IMG/VR virus record: IMGVR_UViG_3300045988_170111
Span: 1-57,257 of that record
Direction: 5' to 3' (one strand)
DNA from: a virus
Length of the DNA stretch: 57,257 nucleotides
The notes under the pieces are model-generated. The model saw only the letters and a program-made list of their open reading frames with translations. It was not told where the DNA came from and made no database searches. Below are positions 24,945-36,188 of the stretch, in pieces; within the stretch, counting starts at the first letter, position 1, and each line of letters begins with the position of its first letter. The position numbers and the translations under genes were made by a program.

Positions 24945-26432
24945 ATGGCAAAGGAAAAGAAAACTGTTATCGAGGGCGAGGTTCTGGATAGTCAGAACCA
25001 TCACTCCCCTGCTCGGAACAAACTATCCGTTACGAGTATGACGGTAGTGACCAAAAGTAATGAGCTGATACAAAAGACTCGTTACTCTCTTCCAAAAACA
25101 CAGCAGAAGTTGCTCCTTGCAATGATTGCGCAAATCAACCCCAAGGAAGATACTGACCCGAATAAGGTCTATACGATGTCTTTTAGTAATTTCTCCCGTC
25201 TGACAGGTGCAGACACTCGCAGCTCGTCTTACAGGACTTATCTTAAAAATACCATCAAAAAACTGGCCGACTCGAGTTTCTGGGTGGATGATGGTGCAAA
25301 ATCCAGTGATTTGTATCGCTGGATTAGCGGCGGAACGAATATCGATTTCGAGAATAAGACCATCAATATGCGATTCTCTCCGGAGATATTCCCCTATTTA
25401 ACGCAGCTCAAATCCAACTATACAAGCTTCGATGTAGAATATTTGCTTAAAATGAACAGCACATATTCTATGCGTATTTATGAGATTATCCTCTCTTATG
25501 ATAACGGCGAGGCAGATTACGGATACACCAATGGCATCGTATTTCAGCCTGCAACGGATGAATTTCTGAGAGCCAAGTTTCCCAAAAGCGCAAAGCGTCT
25601 TCATGGATTCAAGTATAAAGTTTTCAATATACAAGAATTAAAGCTTCAGCTCTCCCCTGCCCCGGATGACGGCAAGGGCGGAAAACAGGATAAGCCCTTA
25701 ACGGAGAAATATGCGAGCTACAAAGATTTTGATAAAAATGTTCTTACCAAAGCAAAAGAAGAGATAAATGCTGTTTCCAATCTCTGGTTTGATTATATCC
25801 CTGCACGAATTGCCGGAGAAGGCCGTAAGGGATACCAGCTGCTCTATTTGTTCATTCGTTATAAAACAGCTGAAGAACTTGAAGAAATCAGAGAGAATAG
25901 TGTAGTATCCATCTATGATGATATTATCGTAGAAGACCGCAAAAACAGAAAACATAAAGATTCTGTTGCTGCTCCTGAAATTAGCAGAGGCTTGATATCT
26001 GCTGACATTTGTAAGTTGTCGGTGACAAGGGCAACCAGAGAGCTTGAAAAACTTGCAGACTATGAATCTATCCATGATAAATTGGGAAATGATTTTGAGT
26101 CTATGATATCGGGTGTTCTTGTTTATGTGGCTAGAACATTAACAAATAAAAATCCGAAAAAGGCAGACCTTGCAAAAGAAACCTTAGATGCTTTAAATCG
26201 TGTTTTGGAGCATAATGAAAACCTTAAATATTGGGTTGTTGGCATGGCTCAAATGATGATTGAAAAAAGAGATGCTGGCAAGTTGAAGTCAGCGCAATAC
26301 AATGCCGCAATCGTAGTTAATGCGATTGAAGATGTTAAAATTATTGAGGATGGAAAACAGAAACTTAAAGCGATAGAGAGCGGACAGGCTGATAAGTTTA
26401 ATCAGCGTTGGATGAGTCAGTTCGATGAATAA
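24945..26432 (+). CDS. rep: Rep_3/RepB-like iteron-binding replication initiator
   Basis: 495-aa ORF. KSNELIQKTRYSLPKTQQKLLLAMIAQI is a typical initiator winged-helix motif. The gene is adjacent to the iterons and the DUE. Confidence 0.8.
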   Translation: MAKEKKTVIEGEVLDSQNHHSPARNKLSVTSMTVVTKSNELIQKTRYSLPKTQQKLLLAMIAQINPKEDTDPNKVYTMSFSNFSRLTGADTRSSSYRTYLKNTIKKLADSSFWVDDGAKSSDLYRWISGGTNIDFENKTINMRFSPEIFPYLTQLKSNYTSFDVEYLLKMNSTYSMRIYEIILSYDNGEADYGYTNGIVFQPATDEFLRAKFPKSAKRLHGFKYKVFNIQELKLQLSPAPDDGKGGKQDKPLTEKYASYKDFDKNVLTKAKEEINAVSNLWFDYIPARIAGEGRKGYQLLYLFIRYKTAEELEEIRENSVVSIYDDIIVEDRKNRKHKDSVAAPEISRGLISADICKLSVTRATRELEKLADYESIHDKLGNDFESMISGVLVYVARTLTNKNPKKADLAKETLDALNRVLEHNENLKYWVVGMAQMMIEKRDAGKLKSAQYNAAIVVNAIEDVKIIEDGKQKLKAIESGQADKFNQRWMSQFDE

Positions 26433-26476
26433 AACACCTGCCCCCTATTCTATTTGCTAATTCACAATAACAGCAA

Positions 26477-26516
26477 AACACTCCCGCAGCCAGACGGCAC
26501 GGGAGTGTTTTTTTGT
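26477..26516 (+). terminator. intrinsic terminator after rep
   Basis: AACACTCCCG-loop-CGGGAGTGTT followed by TTTTTTG. Confidence 0.8.
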
Positions 26517-26526
26517 GCAAAATTTA

Positions 26527-26721
26527 GGAGCAACAGAAACTATTGATTCTTGCGTTTTTACTTTTTGTATAAGGGTGTTGAGAAAATCTACAAATATGGG
26601 AGCAACAGAAACATTTGAAACAAGAGTTTTCACTGATAGAAACGGGCGACATTTATCCCCTATATATTGTTGACATTGCCTTCTAACATGATATAATTAT
26701 AGAATAAACAGCAACAGAAGC
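26527..26721 (+). repeat. three direct copies of (G)GGAGCAACAGAAAC flanking the parA promoter (candidate centromere/operator)
   Basis: Copies are GGAGCAACAGAAAC at 26527-26540, GGGAGCAACAGAAACA at 26598-26613 and CAGCAACAGAAGC at 26709-26721. Confidence 0.7.
26670..26697 (+). promoter_or_regulatory. parAB promoter (near-consensus)
   Basis: TTGACA-16 nt-TATAAT preceded by TGa (extended -10). Confidence 0.7.
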
Positions 26722-26764
26722 TTTATACTTACAGATTTTACTTGTGAATTGAACGGAGATAAAA

Positions 26765-27613
26765 ATGAGCGCTAAAATCATAACTATAGCTATTGAAAAA
26801 GGCGGCTCTGGAAAAACGGTGACCGCTTCTAATCTTGCATACCTGATGGGTGATGAAGGCAAAAAGGTGCTGTGTGTGGATACAGACCCGCAGGGCAATT
26901 TGACATTTGCTCTTTCTGGCGGCAACAGTATTACGAGCGGCATTTATCATGGCAAAGCGTTGTATGATTTGTTTGACGGATTCAGATATACCCATACGCG
27001 TGACTATATCGTAGAAACAGAATATGAGAATGTTGATATGATACCTGCAAGCAGCCAAACACCTCGTATCAACAAGCGTCTGCAAGACTTATATGAAGAT
27101 GCACAGCAATTTAAAGATGGAGACCCCAAAAAGCTATCGAGCATGGGTGACTTCCTTCTCTATTTCTTGAATCAGGTGCGCGATGATTACGACTATATCA
27201 TCATCGACACGCAGCCCACTCGCGACAGCCAAATACTTTCCAATGCCATCGCAGCGGCGGATTATGTGCTGATTCCGATGCAGTGTGATGCTTTTTCCGA
27301 AGATTCTGCTTTTCGCACCTATTCGATTTGCAATAAGTTGAGCAAGGACCCGGCGTCAAGACTCAAAGGTATTGGTGTAGTTCTTACGATGGTAGATAAA
27401 GGCGCGGCAACGCGTGAGACGCGGGAGGAGTGCAAGTCAGAACTTGGCTCCGCACTCTTTGAAGCGGAAATTCCGATGGCTTTGGCGGTCAAAAGCTCTG
27501 TAAGAAAATGCGTACCGGTTTGCTATTCGGCGAGAACGCAGCCAGTAGGTAGAAGCTATGCCGCTCTTTACGAGGAATTGAAAGAACGCCTTGATAAGCT
27601 GGAGGAGAACTGA
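26765..27613 (+). CDS. parA: ParA-family partition ATPase
   Basis: 282-aa ORF with deviant Walker A KGGSGKT and DTDPQGN. GGAG RBS. Confidence 0.9.
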   Translation: MSAKIITIAIEKGGSGKTVTASNLAYLMGDEGKKVLCVDTDPQGNLTFALSGGNSITSGIYHGKALYDLFDGFRYTHTRDYIVETEYENVDMIPASSQTPRINKRLQDLYEDAQQFKDGDPKKLSSMGDFLLYFLNQVRDDYDYIIIDTQPTRDSQILSNAIAAADYVLIPMQCDAFSEDSAFRTYSICNKLSKDPASRLKGIGVVLTMVDKGAATRETREECKSELGSALFEAEIPMALAVKSSVRKCVPVCYSARTQPVGRSYAALYEELKERLDKLEEN

Positions 27614-27614
27614 A

Positions 27615-28913
27615 ATGGGTATGAAGACTAAGCCGTCGAAGGCCAGCGCAAAGAAAGTTGTCATGCCGAGCAAGGAAGCAATCATGGATTGCAATAATAA
27701 TGAAGCAGGAGAACTCTTGCTCAGTAAACTCGTGAACGATAAAACTATCGAGTACGCCAGCAGAGATATCATGCTCTCTGATATAAGACTCAATCCAGAT
27801 AATGAGGTCTTCCGGCAGGATGATAACGATGAGGATATCAAAACTCTTGCGGAAGATATTGAAAGGAATGGACTGATGCACAACCTTGTCGTACTGCCGC
27901 AGCAGGAAGGCAAGAATACGGTGTACATGTTGATTTCCGGTGAGCGTCGCTATCGTGCTCTTAAATATCTGGAAGAAAAAGATGCGAGCTGGAATACGGT
28001 AAAGCATTGCAATGTTATCACAAGCGATTTAACAGATAACGAAAAAAAGGTTTTGCTTTACAGTGCCAACCTTCAGGTTCGCGGCGGATTTGGTAATGAA
28101 AAGATTCGTCGGAAGGCAATGGTCAGCTTTATTGAGTGTCTGCAAAAAAGCCCATACAATCTGACCGAGGCGCAAGCAAAGAAAACAATCAAGAGCCTGA
28201 GTCCGGAAAATACCAAAACGCTGGACAGGGACATCAGAACAGAAAGAAACCTTTGCGCAGAACTTAAAGTGTTACTGGACGGAGGGTATGTTAGCAGAAG
28301 CGAAGCGGATGTCTATTTGCATTTCCCCAATGACAAGCAGGTGATGATTGCTGAAAAGCTGCAAGGACTATTCGCTGTAGATTGCTATTCTGACGCAGAA
28401 AGGCCAGACGAGCGTAACAGCGTTGAAGTACGACGTGATAACCTGCACATCACATTCCGTGAGGCGTTGTTTGCTGCAACCAAGGCTGGAACTTTTGAAG
28501 AGCTCGATGCAATGTTCGCAAAAGCTTTGGAAGATTATGAAACAGGATTGAAAACACTCAATGACAAAGCTGCTGAGTATGCTGCTGCGAAAGCAAATAA
28601 TAGCGAAAAGCAGATGGAAGAGTTTGAGTACGATAATAAGAATCAGGCCGCAAAGGAAAAGAACGATAAGAAAAAAACGGTAAGGGCAGAGGTATCTAAG
28701 AACGCTGCGGAGACCGTCGTTCAGAAAAAAGCACCGGGAATCAAAAATCAGCTCGATGCAATTATCAACCGTAAAAACTATGTAAAATCCCTCAGAAAAC
28801 AATCCCCGGAAGTTCTTGAACAGGATATTCGTGCGTTGAATGAAGTTATTGCAACAGCAACAGTTCTAAAGGAAATGATTGAAAAGGCACAAAGACAGGA
28901 CGAAGAGCAATGA
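27615..28913 (+). CDS. parB: ParB-family partition protein
   Basis: ATG behind GGAGGAG, 1 nt after the parA stop. ParB N-terminal motif ISGERRYRA and a long K/E-rich C-terminus. Confidence 0.85.
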   Translation: MGMKTKPSKASAKKVVMPSKEAIMDCNNNEAGELLLSKLVNDKTIEYASRDIMLSDIRLNPDNEVFRQDDNDEDIKTLAEDIERNGLMHNLVVLPQQEGKNTVYMLISGERRYRALKYLEEKDASWNTVKHCNVITSDLTDNEKKVLLYSANLQVRGGFGNEKIRRKAMVSFIECLQKSPYNLTEAQAKKTIKSLSPENTKTLDRDIRTERNLCAELKVLLDGGYVSRSEADVYLHFPNDKQVMIAEKLQGLFAVDCYSDAERPDERNSVEVRRDNLHITFREALFAATKAGTFEELDAMFAKALEDYETGLKTLNDKAAEYAAAKANNSEKQMEEFEYDNKNQAAKEKNDKKKTVRAEVSKNAAETVVQKKAPGIKNQLDAIINRKNYVKSLRKQSPEVLEQDIRALNEVIATATVLKEMIEKAQRQDEEQ

Positions 28914-29389
28914 ATTTGAGCGCGGAAAAACCAAATCGAAGGCCCATTCGGTTATGCTCTGCAGTTTATGATGCGATTGACAGCGAGGCTGCGTACCGTG
29001 GCGAGAAGGCGGGCACTATAGCCAATCGGATACTTGCTGATGAGCTAGATAAGGTCGCAAAGATAGGAATCAAACATTGCGTTGTATATGGTTCAAACAA
29101 ATACAGAAGCATGACGGGGACCGACAGGGAAGGGGAGGAATGGTATATACTTCCCGCAAAGGAAGAAATAGAAAAACACCTTCCATCTAAAAGTGTAGGA
29201 GGTAAATCAAAGCAGGTCAGCTTTTACTTGTCGGACAAACACCTCGCCCTGTTGGAAGAAATTGTGCGTTTGCAGAACATAATTAAAACGGTAGACTTAG
29301 ATGGCAAGATTCATACATTACGATTCGCGGTCGTTGGATTATTGCTTAATAATAAGCTGATTCGCGAAACAGGCGATTATGAGTGTTGA
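28910..29389 (+). CDS. hypothetical protein (possible ribbon-helix-helix N-terminus)
   Basis: 159-aa ORF with an ATGA overlap with parB. Confidence 0.6.
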   Translation: MNLSAEKPNRRPIRLCSAVYDAIDSEAAYRGEKAGTIANRILADELDKVAKIGIKHCVVYGSNKYRSMTGTDREGEEWYILPAKEEIEKHLPSKSVGGKSKQVSFYLSDKHLALLEEIVRLQNIIKTVDLDGKIHTLRFAVVGLLLNNKLIRETGDYEC

Positions 29390-29413
29390 ACTTTGCTGCA
29401 AAGTCTATATAAT
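29386..29413 (+). promoter_or_regulatory. early promoter cassette PE1
   Basis: TTGAAC-TTTGCTGCAAAGTCTA-TATAAT. Overlaps the upstream stop codon. Confidence 0.7.
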
Positions 29414-29492
29414 GGAATCATTAAGATAAGTCATAATGTCACGAACTACAGAGCGAGTGAAACGATGGGTTTTCTTAATACAATAGTTTACA

Positions 29493-29528
29493 AACGGTCT
29501 TCCTTAGCGGCAGACCGTTTTCTGTTGT
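29493..29528 (+). terminator. leader terminator after PE1
   Basis: AACGGTCT-11 nt-AGACCGTT followed by TTCTGTTG. Lies 10 nt before the RBS of the next gene. Confidence 0.6.
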
Positions 29529-29545
29529 GAGAGGAGCGTGAATAT

Positions 29546-30193
29546 TTGAAAATTACCAAAAAGGAAAATCAAAAAAAGGTCGTTTATAATTTCGCTATTA
29601 TTTCTTATCAAAAAGAAGACGAGAAAAGGGTGATTTTGAAGCGACTAACGATTCCGTTGGCGTGTACACCAATCGAGAGCTACGAGGAGTTTTGTGCTGT
29701 TGTAGAGTCGATTGAAAAACAGTACAACCAGAAATATGGAGATGCAACAGTTCTAATTGCTTTGCCGATGGATTTTTTCCGCTTTATTCAGAGATGTGAT
29801 TGGCTTAAACAGACAGCTGAAAATGAGAAGCGTCACATTGTAGTTTCCATTACAGTAAAAAATAAGGCAGACACATCTTTTGTATGGCAAATTTTCAATA
29901 CCGGCTATGGCAGTAGGGAAGTAGAAGCAAGCATTAAGGATTTTTGGCAAAGCGCCAATGGGCTAAAGAAAGTAAAAGACGAAATGAGGAACAGGGGGTA
30001 TCAGGACAGCGACAATCTTTATGTGGATAATGTAAGAATTTTTGATTCCACCGGAAACGAAGGTTGGGATGACACCAATGTTCTCCTGTTTGAGAAGGAA
30101 CAGGAATTTCTTAATAAGGATACTTATATGAATTTCTATCAGGAAATTCCGAAGTCTGTTTTCAACAGCGGACCTGTCGCAGACAAAAAATAG
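29546..30193 (+). CDS. hypothetical protein
   Basis: 215-aa ORF with a TTG start behind GAGGAG. Confidence 0.65.
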   Translation: MKITKKENQKKVVYNFAIISYQKEDEKRVILKRLTIPLACTPIESYEEFCAVVESIEKQYNQKYGDATVLIALPMDFFRFIQRCDWLKQTAENEKRHIVVSITVKNKADTSFVWQIFNTGYGSREVEASIKDFWQSANGLKKVKDEMRNRGYQDSDNLYVDNVRIFDSTGNEGWDDTNVLLFEKEQEFLNKDTYMNFYQEIPKSVFNSGPVADKK

Positions 30194-30203
30194 TATGCCT
30201 ATA

Positions 30204-30238
30204 ACGCCGACCCTCCTTGTTTGGGCCGGTGTTTTTTG
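30204..30238 (+). terminator. intra-operon terminator
   Basis: Imperfect GC-rich stem (CGCCGACCC...GGGCCGGTG) followed by TTTTTTG. No promoter lies before the next RBS. Confidence 0.5.
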
Positions 30239-30255
30239 TTGAAATGTAAGGAGAA

Positions 30256-30780
30256 ATGAAATACATGAAACTCAAAGATTATTTAGAGGATAACGGTGTT
30301 GTTCTCTGGCAAGAAAATTCAGTAAATGGGCCCCAGCAAACAAAGTCTCTTGCTATGTACGATTATGTGGAAGGATTGGACCGCATTCTTGGAAAAATGG
30401 TTTGGATTTGCGATTACCGTGCAAACGAAGACCCCAAGAAAAAACCAATTCGAAATATCGAGCCGACCCCGGTCGTCGTAACAGATGCCAAGGAAACGAG
30501 CAAGGATATTTATTATTCGCCCGTTTATTTCCGACCTGTAAAAAACGGAAAGGTCTCATCCAAAGTCATAGCCCCGATGGACAATACGGGATTTCGGTGC
30601 CATACAGGAGAGTCGGTAAACATTTTCTACACCGTTGAGGATTGTGTAAAGTGTTACCGCGAACAGGTGCGGCAAGCGAAGGCGGTTTACGAAGAAGAGC
30701 TTGCACGTATCACGAAGCTGTTTGATGAAAGAATTAAGAAGCTGGATGCATCACTTGTTCCGTTCGAGGACTACAACTGA
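30256..30780 (+). CDS. hypothetical protein
   Basis: 174-aa ORF with an AAGGAG RBS. An alternative ATG is at 30265. Confidence 0.7.
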   Translation: MKYMKLKDYLEDNGVVLWQENSVNGPQQTKSLAMYDYVEGLDRILGKMVWICDYRANEDPKKKPIRNIEPTPVVVTDAKETSKDIYYSPVYFRPVKNGKVSSKVIAPMDNTGFRCHTGESVNIFYTVEDCVKCYREQVRQAKAVYEEELARITKLFDERIKKLDASLVPFEDYN

Positions 30781-30836
30781 TAAATTTACAAAAAGCATAA
30801 TAATTGTGCGATAGTTATTATCTGCACTTCTAAAAA

Positions 30837-30868
30837 CGGATTTCTCAAACAGAGAAATCCGCTTTTTT
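30837..30868 (+). terminator. intra-operon terminator
   Basis: CGGATTTCTC-aaaca-GAGAAATCCG followed by CTTTTTT. Lies 15 nt before the next RBS. Confidence 0.8.
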
Positions 30869-30882
30869 CACAAAAAAGGAGA

Positions 30883-31185
30883 ATGAAAATGAAAGTAGCT
30901 TTTCTGAAATGTTGGCAAGAAAATTATCCGGAAGAAGGACCGGAGCTCACATGCGCTTTTCTCGACGACATAGAACGCATAAAGAGAGTTTACAATCGCA
31001 GAACTTTAAACGATGCTTCGGTGGATTGCTATGTCCACAATGAGCAGCATGTGAATGCGTCTTACGGGTATCTAAAGGCAGGCGTTCCTGCAACGGTCGA
31101 GGAGTATACGCCGCTGCTCAAAGAACTGTACGCTGTCGGTTACGACAAAAACAGCATCGAAATATGCCAGGATTTCAAATTCTGA
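30883..31185 (+). CDS. hypothetical protein
   Basis: 100-aa ORF with an AAAGGAG RBS. Confidence 0.7.
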   Translation: MKMKVAFLKCWQENYPEEGPELTCAFLDDIERIKRVYNRRTLNDASVDCYVHNEQHVNASYGYLKAGVPATVEEYTPLLKELYAVGYDKNSIEICQDFKF

Positions 31186-31215
31186 TGTAAAAAACGCATA
31201 GAAAGGAAATAAAAC

Positions 31216-31623
31216 ATGGATAGTAGTTGGAAGAATCTTCAGATTCGCATGGAGGCTGCTTGGAATATGCGCACAACCCCTAAAACCAAGCGTCCTAAAA
31301 CCGGTGATATCATCAGCAGCGCACATTCCCTCGATTGGAATAAGAAGAAGGTGCGGCAGCTTCAGCAGCAATGGAACGATGAAGTAACCAAACTTGTGGC
31401 TGACCGCAACAAAGCTATTTCGGATGTCATGGTTGATATCCTCACGCTCATCCGAATGGATATAAAAAGTGCATCTTCTGTCTTTATCAGTCATGATGCA
31501 GCGAAAATGCTTTGGGAAAAGGCGTATGAGTATGGTCATGCAAATGGCTTTACCGATGTCTATTGTGCCATTGAGAACTACGAAGAAGTTGTCATCGAAG
31601 CTTTGAAAGGGAAAGAAAAGTAA
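31216..31623 (+). CDS. hypothetical protein
   Basis: 135-aa ORF with a GAAAGGAA RBS. Confidence 0.65.
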   Translation: MDSSWKNLQIRMEAAWNMRTTPKTKRPKTGDIISSAHSLDWNKKKVRQLQQQWNDEVTKLVADRNKAISDVMVDILTLIRMDIKSASSVFISHDAAKMLWEKAYEYGHANGFTDVYCAIENYEEVVIEALKGKEK

Positions 31624-31648
31624 CTTTGTAAAGGAATGAGAAAAATTT

Positions 31649-32044
31649 ATGGATTTATACGAAGTTGAAAGTAAAATCAAAGAGTTGGAAGCATCCTACA
31701 ATAAAGAGGCAGACAATCTTATGCAGGAGCTCAATGCCTACAAAAAGAAGAACCCGATTCTTCCTATGTATGGAGATGACCCGAATGTCGACAAGATGAT
31801 TGCGAATAAAAATCGAATCATCCGCAGTCAGTACACTCGTCGCGAAAACAAAATCCACAAACTGTGGGAAAAGTTCTACGATGATGTCACGGACATTGTC
31901 ACAGCAGAATATAATCTTCCCACAGATGTAGCCAAACTCGTTGTACAACAAGTGCGTGACCGGGATATAGGGCGCAGCGAACTCGCTTCTTATCTGGACC
32001 ATTATGCAATCTTTGCCGAAACGGTTCTGGACGCTGTGTTTTGA
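31649..32044 (+). CDS. hypothetical protein
   Basis: 131-aa ORF with an AAAGGAA RBS. Confidence 0.65.
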   Translation: MDLYEVESKIKELEASYNKEADNLMQELNAYKKKNPILPMYGDDPNVDKMIANKNRIIRSQYTRRENKIHKLWEKFYDDVTDIVTAEYNLPTDVAKLVVQQVRDRDIGRSELASYLDHYAIFAETVLDAVF

Positions 32045-32098
32045 CGTACTCCCACCCCTTACGCAATGGGCTTCCTTGGCGCCGATTCTGTGAACCTC

Positions 32099-32126
32099 TT
32101 GCGAATCTGTGCGAAGTGGCTAAAAT
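32099..32126 (+). promoter_or_regulatory. early promoter cassette PE2 (degenerate)
   Basis: TTGCGA-ATCTGTGCGAAGTGGC-TAAAAT. Geometry matches the other cassettes and the core is 7/9 conserved. Confidence 0.5.
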
Positions 32127-32156
32127 TATAAATAACAAATAAAAATCAACGTGCAA

Positions 32157-34337
<2,181 letters not shown>

Positions 34338-34346
34338 GGGGGCACT

Positions 34347-34592
34347 ATGTACGACACTAATCGGTTTATCCATGCCGCTGAGCCTTGCGCGTACCATGAA
34401 GCATTTGCCGAGGATATGAGACGCTGCGACAATGCACTTGGTATGGGCGGACTCATGAGCATCAACGCAGAATGCTGGCTCGAAGTATTGAACAGCATGA
34501 CAGATGCTCAGATTGCCGAGTATGTCAACACAAAGTATAAGCCCGGTATTCTGAATCCGTTCATGGACACCTCGCTTTACATCAAGCACTAA
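34347..34592 (+). CDS. hypothetical protein
   Basis: 81-aa ORF with a GAGGGGG RBS. Confidence 0.65.
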   Translation: MYDTNRFIHAAEPCAYHEAFAEDMRRCDNALGMGGLMSINAECWLEVLNSMTDAQIAEYVNTKYKPGILNPFMDTSLYIKH

Positions 34593-34600
34593 TTATATCC

Positions 34601-34640
34601 GCCGTTCCACCTTTCAAGGTGGGGCGGCTTTTGTTTTTCA
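34601..34640 (+). terminator. intrinsic terminator
   Basis: GCCGTTCCACC-tttcaa-GGTGGGGCGGC followed by TTTTGTTTTT. Confidence 0.75.
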
Positions 34641-34694
34641 AACAAACCTGTGGTGAATGTATCGATAAGATTTGCGAACAAGGTAGATTTTTTC

Positions 34695-34722
34695 TTGCGT
34701 TTTGCTGCAAAGTGAGTAAGAT
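34695..34722 (+). promoter_or_regulatory. early promoter cassette PE3
   Basis: TTGCGT-TTTGCTGCAAAGTGAG-TAAGAT. Confidence 0.7.
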
Positions 34723-34802
34723 GAATTATATAAGATAAATCATAGTACCCATATGTAAATGCAGCAAAATGGCTTATCTTATATTCAAAATCTGACAGAG
34801 AA

Positions 34803-34841
34803 AGCAGCCAGTTCGTATGAATTGGTTGCTTTTTTGTTTTT
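34803..34841 (+). terminator. leader terminator after PE3
   Basis: AGCAGCCAGT-8 nt-ATTGGTTGCT (2 G-U pairs) followed by TTTTTGTTTTT. Confidence 0.7.
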
Positions 34842-34861
34842 AAAAAGCGAGGTGAAAATTG

Positions 34862-35392
34862 ATGAATGGTAAAAAAAACAGACTATTTGTAGATATGGAC
34901 GGTACATTAGCAGAATGGCAGGAGGGAACACCTCTTGAAGAAGTATGCGCTCCGGGTTATTTTGCACAATTACCTCCCAACGAAAACATGGCAAAGGCAA
35001 TGATTCGATTCTGGGAATACAGCAGAAAGAACAACATCGAAGTCTTTATTCTTTCGGCTGTGTTCGATGATGGACATTCCATCCGTGATAAAAACGCGTG
35101 GCTTGACCAGTATATTCCGTTTATTGATGCCGAGCACAGGATTTTCGTTTCCTGTGAAGAACCGAAAACAGCATACATCAACGAACATCTTGGCGGCATG
35201 AGCGAAAGCGATATTCTTATCGATGACTACTCCAAGAATATCAAGGAGTGGATTGCTGGCGGCGGCAAAGCAATCAAGATGTTTAATCGTGTAAACGGGC
35301 GCAGCGGGGCTTACTTTGGCCCATATACCTGTTCGTGGCTGCACCCAGATATGATTGTGGAAGATATTAAGCGTCACATCAACGATGCTTGA
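34862..35392 (+). CDS. 5'(3')-deoxyribonucleotidase-like HAD phosphatase
   Basis: FVDMDGTLAEW carries the DxDxT motif. Size of about 176 aa. GAGGTGA RBS. Confidence 0.7.
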   Translation: MNGKKNRLFVDMDGTLAEWQEGTPLEEVCAPGYFAQLPPNENMAKAMIRFWEYSRKNNIEVFILSAVFDDGHSIRDKNAWLDQYIPFIDAEHRIFVSCEEPKTAYINEHLGGMSESDILIDDYSKNIKEWIAGGGKAIKMFNRVNGRSGAYFGPYTCSWLHPDMIVEDIKRHINDA

Positions 35393-35435
35393 TAATTTGC
35401 TCATATAACAAACTCATAGATAGGAGGAAGAAACT

Positions 35436-35678
35436 ATGTTTCTGACAAAGCAGGATTTCCAGAAAAATGTATCGCGGCATGATGGGAAAAGCAAGATTGT
35501 CGTAAAGTTTCACGGCGTGCCCATTTATACATTTTGTCAGGATATCTCCTTTAGGGAGAGCATGATGCTTGCCGAAACCATTGTGTCAGAGATTCTTGAT
35601 GGCAAAAACAAGACAGCCCTCATGAGAATCAATGACATTCTGGAAAAGGAAACAAAGACAGAAAAGGAGGGCGCATGA
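35436..35678 (+). CDS. hypothetical protein
   Basis: 80-aa ORF with a TAGGAGG RBS. Confidence 0.7.
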   Translation: MFLTKQDFQKNVSRHDGKSKIVVKFHGVPIYTFCQDISFRESMMLAETIVSEILDGKNKTALMRINDILEKETKTEKEGA

Positions 35679-36136
35679 GCGAATATCACGATGAAGATGG
35701 GTTTACATGCCACGCTTTGGTCGGAGGCACTGTTCCCATGCGAATCGATACACGATATCATGCTTTGCTTGCCTTAAAAAGAAGAACCAAACAGGATATA
35801 AGTAACGAAGAATGTATGGCAGAATTAAAATCGTTTTTCGAAAAGCCTGTAATGACCGGAGTTTTGGAAAGAACACCGATTACACACTTTGCGGCAATTT
35901 ACGATGAAGAAAGCCATCTTTGCTACTTTACGCGCATCAATAAAAAGAGTATTTTTGTCGGCACTGTTTTGAAAAAACGAGAAGACAAGATACTTGTCCA
36001 TCCAGACGATGAACGCTTTATAATCCGAAAAAATGGCTCGCTGGCTCATGTTAAAAGCGAAACAAATGATTGGTTTATCTCGAAAACCAAATGGAAAAAG
36101 GATTGCAAGGCAGCTCATATCAAAAAGTTCGCATAA
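35675..36136 (+). CDS. hypothetical protein
   Basis: 153-aa ORF with an ATGA overlap. GGAGG lies upstream. Confidence 0.7.
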   Translation: MSEYHDEDGFTCHALVGGTVPMRIDTRYHALLALKRRTKQDISNEECMAELKSFFEKPVMTGVLERTPITHFAAIYDEESHLCYFTRINKKSIFVGTVLKKREDKILVHPDDERFIIRKNGSLAHVKSETNDWFISKTKWKKDCKAAHIKKFA

Positions 36137-36145
36137 ATCACAATG

Positions 36146-36178
36146 GCCTCGTGCATTTTGCACGGGGCTTTTTGTTTT
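36146..36178 (+). terminator. intra-operon terminator
   Basis: GCCTCGTGC-atttt-GCACGGGGC followed by TTTTTGTTTT. It runs directly into the RBS of the lipoprotein gene. Confidence 0.75.
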
Positions 36179-36188
36179 AGGAGGTTCT

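Noticed and set aside
29393-29398. TTGCTG inside the conserved element taken as the -35 hexamer of the early promoters
   Set aside because: It lies only 9 nt from the -10. A better -35 (TTGCnT or TTGAAC) lies 16 nt upstream of the -10 in all ten cassettes, so the conserved element is in the spacer.
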